In this document: piece by piece, positions 39,461 to 48,208 of the stretch
How positions within the stretch are numbered: position 1 is the stretch's first letter
Layout of the letters: every line of letters begins with the position of its first letter
Source of the DNA: an uncultured Rikenella sp.
Lineage (GTDB): Bacteria; Bacteroidota; Bacteroidia; Bacteroidales; VadinHA17
DNA length: 64,000 nt
Direction of reading: 5' to 3'
NCBI GenBank assembly: GCA_964488645.1
Contig: CAZAVK010000004.1
Coordinates: forward strand, 4,486-68,485
Made by a program: the position numbers and the translations under genes
Notes under the pieces: model-generated
The model's database searches: none
Told to the model about the DNA's origin: nothing
Seen by the model: the letters and a program-made list of their open reading frames with translations, nothing else

Positions 39461-40975
39461 CTAATTCATCCTGAAAGAGATTGGTACGGAATAATAGACA
39501 TTGACAGGCACACCGCTCTGTTTGCCGGGGTTCCACTGAGGCAACCCGCTGATCACCCGTACCGCCTCTGCATCAAGCAGCGGATCGACACCTTTTACCA
39601 CTGTGACATCAGAGACCTTGCCCTCCTTTGTGATAACAAACCGCAGCGTGACCCTGCCGCTTATCTTTTGCTCCCTGGCCTCATCGGGATATTTCAGGTT
39701 GGCATAGATATAGTCCATAAGTGCCTGGTCCCCTCCGGGATAGGAGGGCATCTCCTCAACCACAACAAAGATGTGATCCTCTGTCGACTTTGCGGGATCG
39801 GCAGGAGTCATATCAACCGCAGGACTCAATGTAACAACCATCTCCCTCCGGAAGTCGGCCTTCAGCCCGATTATCCTGAAGGATCTGTGCACAAACAGCA
39901 GGACTGCATCCCCGGGAACATCTTTCAGTTCAAACCTGCCGTCGTTACCGGTTTTCGTTTTGAGGGCAGTCCCTGACACATTTATGACCACACCTGCAAG
40001 GGGTGACCCGGCCTCAGTTCTTACCACTCCCCTGACACTTCTCTGGATAATCGGGGCAGTCCCGGTAATGATTATCTCAGCCTCATCGGCAAGGTCAGCA
40101 GGCTCCGCCGTCACATACCTGGGCGAAGCAAATGCGTAGAGCAGCACTCCTGCCGCTGGCAGGACAAGAAGCAGCTTAAGCTTCCTTAACGGTGAATAGC
40201 GTCTCTTTTCCATCATTTCAAATCTGTTTGTATTAAATGAAAAGTTGAATGAGTTCGAGAGTGTTATCAGCCTTGAGCTGAAGATCTGGTTGAGGAGGGC
40301 TGCCCTGTATCCTGACGGGTCTGAGCTCCTTTCCAGTGCTACCTCATCGGCCAGGTGCTCATGATTCTGTCTCACCAGTGCCGACCAGATCCATACGAAC
40401 GGATTCATCCACTGCATTATGCATACCGCCTCAGCTACCAGGAGGTCAAACCAGTGCCTCTGCTGCACATGTACCAGCTCATGGTTCAGGATCTCCCTCG
40501 TCTCCGAATCGCTCAGTGAAGGGCTGATAATGGCATAATTGAAGAAGGAGCAGGCAGGAAGATCGCACTCTGACCTGACAAGCATGAGATCACCCTCCCT
40601 GCTGACAGGGGCACGCTTCAGGAAACGGCGGAGCCGTATGAGCCATAGAAGGATGCGTACGAAGAGCAGCGCTGCTCCGGCCGCATAGAGAAGCAGGAAA
40701 AGCTTCAGGGCGGGAAAGCTATCCTGGCCACCGGCTGCCGGTGACGCCGCAGCCTCCCCGGGTTCGGCGGGCAGCAGCAGGGATTGTGATGCTGCAACCT
40801 CAACGACATAATGAATGGTTACCAGCGGAAGAAGCAGTGAGAGAACCACGCTGCCCATCAGGTAGGCCCTCTTCAGCCTGAAGAACCTCTCTTTCCGCAG
40901 GAAGAGCAGATAGAGCACGGTAAAGAGGGCGAGCCACAGCGCCGACTTCAGCAGATAAGTTGCAAACTGTTCCAT
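39461..40975 (-). CDS. M56 (BlaR1-like) metallopeptidase fused to a CarboxypepD_reg-like domain and a TonB C-terminal domain
   Basis: The membrane M56 domain has HELVHVQQRHWFD. The mid region is beta-sandwich-like (VRGVVRTEAGSPLAGVVINVSGT). The C-terminal PSYPGGDQALMDYIYANLKYPDEAREQKISGRVTLRFVITKEGKVSDV is TonB_C-like. Confidence 0.85.
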   Translation of the reverse strand: MEQFATYLLKSALWLALFTVLYLLFLRKERFFRLKRAYLMGSVVLSLLLPLVTIHYVVEVAASQSLLLPAEPGEAAASPAAGGQDSFPALKLFLLLYAAGAALLFVRILLWLIRLRRFLKRAPVSREGDLMLVRSECDLPACSFFNYAIISPSLSDSETREILNHELVHVQQRHWFDLLVAEAVCIMQWMNPFVWIWSALVRQNHEHLADEVALERSSDPSGYRAALLNQIFSSRLITLSNSFNFSFNTNRFEMMEKRRYSPLRKLKLLLVLPAAGVLLYAFASPRYVTAEPADLADEAEIIITGTAPIIQRSVRGVVRTEAGSPLAGVVINVSGTALKTKTGNDGRFELKDVPGDAVLLFVHRSFRIIGLKADFRREMVVTLSPAVDMTPADPAKSTEDHIFVVVEEMPSYPGGDQALMDYIYANLKYPDEAREQKISGRVTLRFVITKEGKVSDVTVVKGVDPLLDAEAVRVISGLPQWNPGKQSGVPVNVYYSVPISFRMN

Positions 40976-40978
40976 TTT

Positions 40979-41353
40979 TCATTCCTCCTGATCATTGTCA
41001 AGCTCCCGGCGTGCCTGCTGCAGTATCCGGTCAAGGTCACTAAGAGAGAGGTTCTTCTCCCTTGCAAAGAAAGAGGTGAGTGCAGGGAAGGAGTTGTTGA
41101 AGTAATCATTCAGCAATCCGAAGAGCTGATGCTTTGAATACTCTCTTTTTGAAATGAGCGGGTAGTAGAGGAAGACATTGGCATAGGCCTTATGGTCAAC
41201 ATATCCCTTCCTCTCAAGCACCTTCAGTACCGTGGTGATAGTGTTGCGGGCAGGCTTCGGTTCATCAAACCGCTCCCTGATATCCCTGACGACACCCTCT
41301 CCAAGCTCCCACAGAATGAGCATTATCTGTTCTTCTGCCCTGGTTAGTTGCAT
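40979..41353 (-). CDS. BlaI/MecI/CopY-family transcriptional repressor
   Basis: MQLTRAEEQIMLILWELGEGVVRDIRERF...TITTVLKVLERKGYV is a winged-helix Penicillinase_R pattern. The alternative upstream ATG at 41380 cannot be excluded. Confidence 0.85.
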   Translation of the reverse strand: MQLTRAEEQIMLILWELGEGVVRDIRERFDEPKPARNTITTVLKVLERKGYVDHKAYANVFLYYPLISKREYSKHQLFGLLNDYFNNSFPALTSFFAREKNLSLSDLDRILQQARRELDNDQEE

Positions 41354-41366
41354 AGTCTGATTGATT

Positions 41367-41747
41367 TTATGGTTTTCCATCACTCTCCAGTAAAGCCACC
41401 AGCCGCTCATGCACAGCCGCGGGACCTTCACATCTCTCTGAAACTATCTGCCCTCCACCGTCAACAAGTGCATAGTGAGGCAGTGCGGCGACTGAGTATT
41501 TCTCCTGAAGATCGGAAGCCCAGTTGCCTGCACAGATAAGATTAATTCCCCTGAAATCGTGGTTTTTGATTATTGTCCTCCACTTTTCCTGATCACTGTC
41601 GAGACAGATACTGATGATCTCGACCGGCTTCCCGGAAAAATCTTCTGCCAGGTAAAAGGTTTGCAACAACATATCACTTTCCGTTTCCAGAGGCAGCCTA
41701 AGGCTGGTTCTCCAATACAAATATACGACTATATTAATAGACGGCAA
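41367..41747 (-). pseudogene. degenerate or truncated TlpA-like thioredoxin-fold remnant (no CxxC)
   Basis: KPVEIISICLDSDQEKWRTIIKNHDFRGINLICAGNWASDLQEKYSVAALPHYALVDGGGQIV aligns to the C-terminal two-thirds of TlpA/ResA-type redoxins. Where FWAxWCxPC is expected, the frame reads YLYWRTSLRLP. The ORF starts with TTG in an AT-rich spacer that leaves no room for the N-terminal strands. Confidence 0.5.
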
Positions 41748-41845
41748 AATATTTTATTATTTTTCGTCTATAACTATAGTCATTTTGGCTATTCACCATA
41801 CATTGCCGAAAAACAAGAGGATATAGTATGCCTAGAAAATTTTTG

Positions 41846-42703
41846 TCAAAATCTCTCCAGCAGCTTGAGCAGTTTCTCGCGTTCGGTGCTGCCCTTTGCA
41901 TCCCTGAGGAGGTCATTCAGCCAGTTGCCGTACATCGGATTTGGCAGTACGATATACTTTGTTCCGAAGAGCCTGCGGTCAGCCTCCACATTGGCAAACC
42001 CATGGTCAGCACCGCGCTTCTCATAGCTGCCGCTGTGATCAGCCAGGTTGTCTCCCACCAGCAGGATTATCTCATACTCCTGCTCTATCAGTGCCCTCCT
42101 CTCCACCTTCGACGAAGTGTTATCCTTGAACAGCATGTGGGTACTGTCTGCGCTAGCAAATCCCAGCCTGGCCATATTCTCTATGGTCGGACCCATCTCG
42201 GCAAGGGTGCGGTTCGAAACATAGAATATCTCCACCCCCAGAGAGTCGGCAAGGCGGGTGAACTCAACCGCACCCGGCAGCGGCTTCGCTTCGGCCAGCT
42301 CAACCCACCTGGTCCAGTCACTGCTGTTGAACGGCCTGTTTTCCAGTACCTGCCACCCCTGGAACGGACTGTTGTCAAGCAGTGTCTCGTCGATGTCAAA
42401 CACAATGGCAGGCGGCAAGGTACGGCCGGGTAATGAGAGGTTTGCGACAAGAGCCGATTCTGCGTTGTTGAAGCACTGGTAGCAGAGCGCCCGCAGCTCA
42501 GCCGACTTCTGGTACCAGAGGGTAGCCAGTATCAGATTGTCCTGGTTCTCCGGCCCGGCAACAGCTCCCTGATTGCCCGTATTTTCCGGAACAGCAACCG
42601 TAACCAGGTTAACCCCTCTTTCCGGACCGGTAACCGGTTTATGCTGAAGGGTGGCACATGATGCCAGCATTATGATACCGGTAACAATAATGAGCTTTTT
42701 CAT
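41846..42703 (-). CDS. lipoprotein e(P4)-family 5'-nucleotidase / class C acid phosphatase (HAD IIIB)
   Basis: Lipoprotein signal MKKLIIVTGIIMLASC. DDDD motifs are VFDIDETLLDNSP, YVSNR and LLVGDNLADH. Confidence 0.85.
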   Translation of the reverse strand: MKKLIIVTGIIMLASCATLQHKPVTGPERGVNLVTVAVPENTGNQGAVAGPENQDNLILATLWYQKSAELRALCYQCFNNAESALVANLSLPGRTLPPAIVFDIDETLLDNSPFQGWQVLENRPFNSSDWTRWVELAEAKPLPGAVEFTRLADSLGVEIFYVSNRTLAEMGPTIENMARLGFASADSTHMLFKDNTSSKVERRALIEQEYEIILLVGDNLADHSGSYEKRGADHGFANVEADRRLFGTKYIVLPNPMYGNWLNDLLRDAKGSTEREKLLKLLERF

Positions 42704-42852
42704 CCGTTTTTATTCTGTTGTAAATTAATTGTTTGTCGAAACCGGTCAATAATGTTTGTTAAGTGCTAAGTAACAAATAATTGGCCGATATCGGCGTTTA
42801 TCTGTCAAAGATATTTAACTTTATCAGTACCATACAAAAAAAGTAATCTGCA

Positions 42853-44439
42853 ATGTCAACCTTAAAGCTGATGCTGGGGATGATCCCCTCCACCTCCAAG
42901 ATCGAACAGGAAGAGATGGCGCTGGTTGCCGAGTTTGAAAAGATGACCGCATTCGCCGGCTCGGAGACCCTTGCCAGATACAACCGGCTTGAAGAGACCG
43001 TCAACTCGGCCGGCTTCAGGCAGAAGAGAAAGGAGATCGAATCACTCACCTACAAGGGCTCTGAGGAGCATGCTAGGGAGAGCGAGTTCAACCTGCTCAA
43101 AAAGGCAAAGGACATTGTGGCATACCTGAAGACGGAAGGGAGCCAGGAGCTCCGGAACTTCACATCCCTTGACGGCTCTGCACGGATAAAGGAGATCGAG
43201 GAACTGGAGCAGTTCGTCAAATCTCCTGAATTCAGGCAGAAGGAGAAGATGAAGCCGATAACGTTCAAGGATACGGAGGAATATGGTCAGTGGCTTGAAT
43301 ACAGGAAGCTGAAGGGCGACAGGGATGTTAAAAAGAATCTCAATCCCGATAAGGTAAAGCGGTTCTCTGAACTGGAGGCACTGGTCACCTCATCGGCCTT
43401 CCTGCTGAAGAAAAACATGAAGCCGGTAAAATTCAGGGATACGCCCGAATACCAGAAGCTGGTTGACCTCAAGACAAAAAAGAGCGCCCCGGATATTGCC
43501 GGCTACTACAGGTTCAGGGCATCAAAGGCCTACAGCAACTGGCTGCAGGTGAAGGACTCACCACGGCTGAACAGGTATAATGAGCTGCAGGAATATCTTC
43601 GTACAAAGGAGTTTACCGAAAGGAAAGAGTACCTGCTTGACAAGCGCCGCTTCGAGAAGAGCGAGATGTACAAGGAGCTGAAAGAATTCGAAAACCTCAG
43701 CAACTCAACAGACATCAAATGGTATTTCAGTGTAAAGGATTCCAGGAAGTTTGATATACTCAAAAACCGGGAGCTCACCTTCAGTGATGAGTTTGACGGT
43801 ACCGCCCCTGACGGCAGCAGATGGCTCAACAAATATTACTGGGGCGATAAGCTGCTGAATGACAGCTACAGTATCGCCTCTGACCTGCACTGTTACACTC
43901 CGTCTGACAACTTTGACATGCGCCACAGCGTACTGCGTATCACCACCAAGCCGCAGAAGATCAGCGGCAAGGCATGGGACGGGTCAAAGGGATTCTATAC
44001 CAAAGAGTTCGGGTTCACCTCGGGGATACTCAGCAGCGGCGCCTCATTCAGACAAAAGTATGGCACCTTCTCTGCCAAGATAAAGCTTACCAGTCGTGAC
44101 GTGCGGAATGCTTTCTGGCTGGTGGGTGGCCAGATGACTCCTCACATCGATGTCTGCCGCTCAGGTGAGGGTAAAGTGTGGTTCGACCTCTTCACTGCGC
44201 CAGGTAACCACTATAAGAAGAGTATCGGGTCAAAGTACCTCTCAGATTTCTATATCTACACCCTGGAGTGGACTGCCGAAGCGCTGGTCTGGAAGATCAA
44301 CGGCGTTGAGGTAATGCGCCAGACAAGCGGCGTACCCCAGGAGGAGATGTACATCAATCTGTCAGGAGGGGTTGACAAGCCGGCAGGTAGCGCCTCATCA
44401 ATGGAGATAGACTGGGTGAGGGTTTACCGGTCCCGATAG
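42853..44439 (+). CDS. GH16-like (concanavalin-like beta-sandwich) protein with four N-terminal helical repeats; no signal peptide
   Basis: The C-terminal 230 aa has ELTFSDEFDG, NAFWLVGG, YIYTLEWTAEALVWKINGVEV and MEIDWVRVY, in GH16 order. The N-terminal 290 aa carry 4 repeats of about 45 aa. Confidence 0.7.
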   Translation: MSTLKLMLGMIPSTSKIEQEEMALVAEFEKMTAFAGSETLARYNRLEETVNSAGFRQKRKEIESLTYKGSEEHARESEFNLLKKAKDIVAYLKTEGSQELRNFTSLDGSARIKEIEELEQFVKSPEFRQKEKMKPITFKDTEEYGQWLEYRKLKGDRDVKKNLNPDKVKRFSELEALVTSSAFLLKKNMKPVKFRDTPEYQKLVDLKTKKSAPDIAGYYRFRASKAYSNWLQVKDSPRLNRYNELQEYLRTKEFTERKEYLLDKRRFEKSEMYKELKEFENLSNSTDIKWYFSVKDSRKFDILKNRELTFSDEFDGTAPDGSRWLNKYYWGDKLLNDSYSIASDLHCYTPSDNFDMRHSVLRITTKPQKISGKAWDGSKGFYTKEFGFTSGILSSGASFRQKYGTFSAKIKLTSRDVRNAFWLVGGQMTPHIDVCRSGEGKVWFDLFTAPGNHYKKSIGSKYLSDFYIYTLEWTAEALVWKINGVEVMRQTSGVPQEEMYINLSGGVDKPAGSASSMEIDWVRVYRSR

Positions 44440-44465
44440 CAGGGCAAAGCCTCGTTCTCAGGAAC

Positions 44466-44501
44466 ATCCGGCCGGATCCGCTGATCTGCCGGATTTTTTT
44501 T
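44466..44501 (+). terminator. rho-independent terminator after the GH16-like gene
   Basis: ATCCGGC and GCCGGAT form a 7-bp stem around a 15-nt loop, running into a T8 tract. Confidence 0.6.
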
Positions 44502-44520
44502 GTCTTTCTACACGGAAAGC

Positions 44521-44547
44521 TGTAACATTTGCCATGTATATGGCGTC
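44521..44547 (+). promoter_or_regulatory. candidate ECF-type promoter (TGTAAC-N17-CGTC) upstream of the ECF sigma gene
   Basis: TGTAAC at 44521-44526, a 17-nt spacer, and CGTC at 44544-44547, 27 nt before the ATG. It resembles autoregulated ECF promoters (AAC in -35, CGT in -10). It is a motif match only. Confidence 0.4.
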
Positions 44548-44573
44548 TTTGGTGTGTAGTTACCCTGACCTGA

Positions 44574-45059
44574 ATGACCGTAAGAGAGTATAACAGTGCC
44601 GTCAGAGAGTACGGTGACCGTGTCTACCGCTTTGTGCTGCGCATAATCAGGGAGAGCCACAGGGCTGATGATATTGTGCAGGACACCTATGAGAGGCTAT
44701 GGCGGTCTGTCACGGAAATTGAGTATGCCGCGGTCAGAGCATGGCTCTTCACAACTGCATACAACAGGACAATCGATATAATAAGGAGAGAGGTGAGGAT
44801 GGTTGACGTAGAAGAGGTTGAGGAGGGCCTCCTGGTAGCAGACGAGAGCAGCCACGACCTGAATGAACTGTTGCATATGGCACTTGAAGGTCTGCCGCCA
44901 GTGCAGCAGTCAGTGATACTATTACGTGACTATGAAGGGTACAGCTACCGTGAGATCGGTGAGATAACCGGGCTCTCCTCGGCGCAGGTCAAGACCTATA
45001 TTCACAGGGGGCGGGTGGCCCTCAGAAATATGCTTGTAAAGGCTTCGGTATGGCAGTAA
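44574..45059 (+). CDS. ECF-family RNA polymerase sigma-70 factor
   Basis: Region 2 is DDIVQDTYERLW...WLFTTAYNRTIDIIRR. Region 4 is LPPVQQSVILLRDYEGYSYREIGEITGLSSAQVKTYIHRGR. Confidence 0.9.
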   Translation: MTVREYNSAVREYGDRVYRFVLRIIRESHRADDIVQDTYERLWRSVTEIEYAAVRAWLFTTAYNRTIDIIRREVRMVDVEEVEEGLLVADESSHDLNELLHMALEGLPPVQQSVILLRDYEGYSYREIGEITGLSSAQVKTYIHRGRVALRNMLVKASVWQ

Positions 45060-46222
45060 GGGATGAGAACGGTCACATATGGAGTCAGCAGGATGAGAAT
45101 CTGCAGACCGGACCTGCCGGCAACAAGGACGGGATTCCGCCTGATCATCCCCGCCTCAGTCCGACAGGTGAGGGGCTTCCCTCGGCTGCACGGCTCCTGC
45201 GGCGACCGGGCCAGCTGCCTGATGATCAGTTTGACCTGCTGGCCGCAGCCCGGTCCGAAGGAGACCTGGAGGGAGAGGCGCTGGAGGAGATGGAAGAGAT
45301 ACTCATGACTGATCCCGAAAAGAGGGAGAGGGCCGACAGCTTCCGCAGGGTGAGGCTGAAACCTGCCGGCGAGCGCTGGCCAGGCCTCAGTGCCTCCCTC
45401 AAACCCGTACCAGCGGTACCTCTTATCAGAAGAGTGGCGTTAACGGCCGCCCTGGCAGCAGCAGCAGTGGCACTGATTCTTATCGGTCCGGCAACGGGAT
45501 GGCAGAAAAGAGTGCAAAAAGAGGCAGGGCCGGATTTAACCGCGAAGCAGCAGGTGGCAGAGATAGTACGCACCGGACCCATTACGGTCAGGGATCCCGG
45601 ATCAGAAAACAGCTCAGACCCGCAGACGAAAGGCGAGGCGGCAGCAAATGAGAGTGCATATTCGTTAAATCAGCCGCCACCGGGGCAGAGTGCATCACCT
45701 TTAAACCAGCTGCCTCCAGGGCAGAGCACACCACCTACAAAACAGGCGCCACCAGGGCAGAGCGCACCACCTACAAACCTGCCGACACCAGGACAGGGTG
45801 CACCACCTTCAATCCAGCCGTCACCAGGGCAGAACGCACCACCTTCAATCCAGCCTCTGTCAGAGAAAAGCCTCCCCCTGCTGACTACAAACGGTCTCCC
45901 GGTTATGAAGGCTGTGGCCGTCATGCCAGTGCCTGAACTGACAGGAGTGACACTCACGGAACCGGTTATCGCCCAGCCGCCAGCAGAGGAACGTAACTGG
46001 ATTCTCAGAAGCATATCATTTATGGCAAAGGCAATTACCGGCCGGGAAAAGGAGATAACCAGCTTTGGCATAGCCCGTGGCTGCATCAACGGCATCAACA
46101 GGGTGCTGGGCTGGGAGATGGAGCTGGAACAGCTCAGAAACGATTCGGGAGAGCCGGTGGCAGTCAGCTTCAACTCATCACTGCTCTCATTCCGGCGTCC
46201 GCTGAAAGAAAAGGAAGAATGA
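45050..46222 (+). CDS. putative anti-sigma factor: cytoplasmic N-terminal region, one TM helix, proline-rich repeat, C-terminal domain
   Basis: The ATG overlaps the sigma stop by 10 nt. The single TM helix is VALTAALAAAAVALILIGP. The call rests on position and topology; I recognise no family motif. Confidence 0.5.
   Translation: MAVRDENGHIWSQQDENLQTGPAGNKDGIPPDHPRLSPTGEGLPSAARLLRRPGQLPDDQFDLLAAARSEGDLEGEALEEMEEILMTDPEKRERADSFRRVRLKPAGERWPGLSASLKPVPAVPLIRRVALTAALAAAAVALILIGPATGWQKRVQKEAGPDLTAKQQVAEIVRTGPITVRDPGSENSSDPQTKGEAAANESAYSLNQPPPGQSASPLNQLPPGQSTPPTKQAPPGQSAPPTNLPTPGQGAPPSIQPSPGQNAPPSIQPLSEKSLPLLTTNGLPVMKAVAVMPVPELTGVTLTEPVIAQPPAEERNWILRSISFMAKAITGREKEITSFGIARGCINGINRVLGWEMELEQLRNDSGEPVAVSFNSSLLSFRRPLKEKEE
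45677..45856 (+). repeat. in-frame 36-bp tandem repeat x5 encoding a 12-aa Pro-rich unit
   Basis: GGGCAG/GGACAG recurs at 45683, 45719, 45755, 45791 and 45827, an exact 36-bp period. The units are PPGQSASPLNQL, PPGQSTPPTKQA, PPGQSAPPTNLP, TPGQGAPPSIQP and SPGQNAPPSIQP. Confidence 0.9.
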
Positions 46223-47232
46223 ACCAAAAAAATCATACAATGAAACGATTACTGATATTGACGGTCCTGCTCTCATTCATACTAATCCCGTTCACCACGG
46301 CACAGGAGAAAGAGGAGAAGCTCCGGCAGCTTGAGCAGAATATGGAGGTCATACCGGAGGAGATGGCAGCCGATACCCTGACACTGCCCGATGAGGAGTT
46401 TGTCGGGCCCGCCCTGAATGAGGCTGAGACTCAGTCGCAGATCAAGCTCAGAAATAGGGTTATCATTGAAGATGGCGATAGTGAAACGATTATCCGTATC
46501 GGCAAGAAGACGACATACAATGATGAAGCTGAAGAAGATGCAGGGCCGGCAGAGAAGGCTGCCCGGAAGACTCCTTACCGGCCTCCCTATAAAAACCGCC
46601 GGATGTCATTCACCGGCCATCTCGGAGGTGTGGAGCTGGGATACAACAACTACACCACCGGGATTTGGATGGAGAACAGTACTCCTGTTGACACCTGGCT
46701 CAATCTCAATACCGGCAGATCCCTCGCCTTCAACCTGGTCTCCCCGCCGGTGAGTCTTGGTCTGACACCCTGGTTCGGATTTGTCACAGCCCTGGGGCTC
46801 AACTTCAATAACTACCATTTTGATGGAAACAACTCTGTCACCACTGACAACAACGGCGTACTGACCCCTCTCTACCCGGCACTGACTCTTGATAAGAGCA
46901 AGCTGACCACTGTCTATGCATTTATCCCGGTCATCCTGGAGCTGCAGCTGAAAGTCTCTTCCGGCAGCACACTCAACCTGGGCGGCGGCGTGATAGGTGC
47001 CCTCAGAACCGGCTCCTACACCAAGATGGTCTATATCAGTGACGAGAAGCACAAGGAGAAGAACCACGGCAATTTCGGGCTGAACATGCTGAGGTACGGC
47101 TTCACCGCACGGGCGGGATATCAGATGATTAATGTCTATGGCACCTTCTACATGACACCGCTTTTTGAAGAGGGGAAGGGGCCGGAGCTCTATCCCTACG
47201 AGATCGGACTCTCCATAACGTTCAATAACTGA
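46219..47232 (+). CDS. putative outer-membrane beta-barrel protein
   Basis: The ATG overlaps the upstream stop (ATGA). A signal peptide MKRLLILTVLLSFILIPFTTAQ follows a possible internal start at 46240. The C-terminal half shows alternating hydrophobic strands (GFTARAGYQMINVYGTFYMTP...YEIGLSITFNN). Confidence 0.5.
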   Translation: MNQKNHTMKRLLILTVLLSFILIPFTTAQEKEEKLRQLEQNMEVIPEEMAADTLTLPDEEFVGPALNEAETQSQIKLRNRVIIEDGDSETIIRIGKKTTYNDEAEEDAGPAEKAARKTPYRPPYKNRRMSFTGHLGGVELGYNNYTTGIWMENSTPVDTWLNLNTGRSLAFNLVSPPVSLGLTPWFGFVTALGLNFNNYHFDGNNSVTTDNNGVLTPLYPALTLDKSKLTTVYAFIPVILELQLKVSSGSTLNLGGGVIGALRTGSYTKMVYISDEKHKEKNHGNFGLNMLRYGFTARAGYQMINVYGTFYMTPLFEEGKGPELYPYEIGLSITFNN

Positions 47233-47467
47233 TCGCGGCGGAAGCGGCGGCCTCCGGCTGATGCATTCATCTGCCGGTTGTGACCGATATCAACCTCAGG
47301 GCATTGGGTAACCGCCATCCCTGCCTGCAGAATTTTCTCCGGGGCAGAAACATAGTCCCTGATCTCTCCGTACAAAGTAGGGCTATTTTGCTTAAGTTTG
47401 GGCTTTGGCCGGAGCAGGGTGAACGGTATCCGGTCTTTTCTTGATAACCATTAATACAATGCAGGAG

Positions 47468-48187
47468 ATGAGACTGTTACTTATCAGCAACTCGACCAAT
47501 GCCGGAGAGGCCTATCTTGACTATCCGAAACATAATATCAGTGCCTTCCTTGGCAGGAAAAAGGTTAAGGCTCTCTTTATCCCCTATGCTGCCGTCACAT
47601 TCTCATATGATGAGTATGAGGCGAAGGTCCGCCACCGTTTCAATGAGGTCGGGCATGATATTGTCTCGATCCACCGTTTCAGCGACCCGGTCAGGGCTGT
47701 TGAAGAGGCTGCTGCCATTGTCGTCGGCGGAGGCAATACCTGGATGCTGCTCAGGTGTCTCCGGGAGAAAAGGCTGATTGACGCCGTGCGGAAGAGGGTG
47801 CTGGCCGGCACACCATATATCGGGTGGAGTGCGGGATCGAATGTCGCCTGTCCCACCATCATGACCACCAATGACATGCCCGTTGCCAGGCCATCATCAT
47901 TCAGGGCCTTCGGGCTGATACCCTTTCAGATCAACCCGCACTACCTCGATGCCAATCCCGACGGCCATGCCGGCGAGACGCGTCAGCAGAGGATTGAGGA
48001 GTTCATAGAGGTGAACCGGAAGGTGTGGGTGGCCGGCCTGCGTGAGGGAACGATGCTGACGGTTGAGGGTGACCGGCTCTCGCTGACCGGGCCGCGCAGC
48101 CTCCGCCTCTTCCGGTATGGAAAGGAGCCTGCCGAGATCATGCCCGGAGAGGATCTCTCATTCCTCCTCGGTAAAAGCCGGAAGTGA
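47468..48187 (+). CDS. pepE: dipeptidase E (peptidase S51)
   Basis: MRLLLISNSTNAGEAYL, VVGGGNTWMLL, and the nucleophile region YIGWSAGSNV. I chose the ATG at 47468; the TTG at 47441 and ATG at 47459 are also possible. Confidence 0.85.
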   Translation: MRLLLISNSTNAGEAYLDYPKHNISAFLGRKKVKALFIPYAAVTFSYDEYEAKVRHRFNEVGHDIVSIHRFSDPVRAVEEAAAIVVGGGNTWMLLRCLREKRLIDAVRKRVLAGTPYIGWSAGSNVACPTIMTTNDMPVARPSSFRAFGLIPFQINPHYLDANPDGHAGETRQQRIEEFIEVNRKVWVAGLREGTMLTVEGDRLSLTGPRSLRLFRYGKEPAEIMPGEDLSFLLGKSRK

Positions 48188-48208
48188 CCAGCCCCGCCAT
48201 GGCGAGCC

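Noticed and set aside
45670-46236. A 188-aa minus-strand ORF with a Gly/Cys/Pro-rich repeat
   Set aside because: It is the mirror image of the in-frame 36-bp repeat of the plus-strand anti-sigma candidate. That candidate is translationally coupled to the sigma gene and has a proper TM helix.
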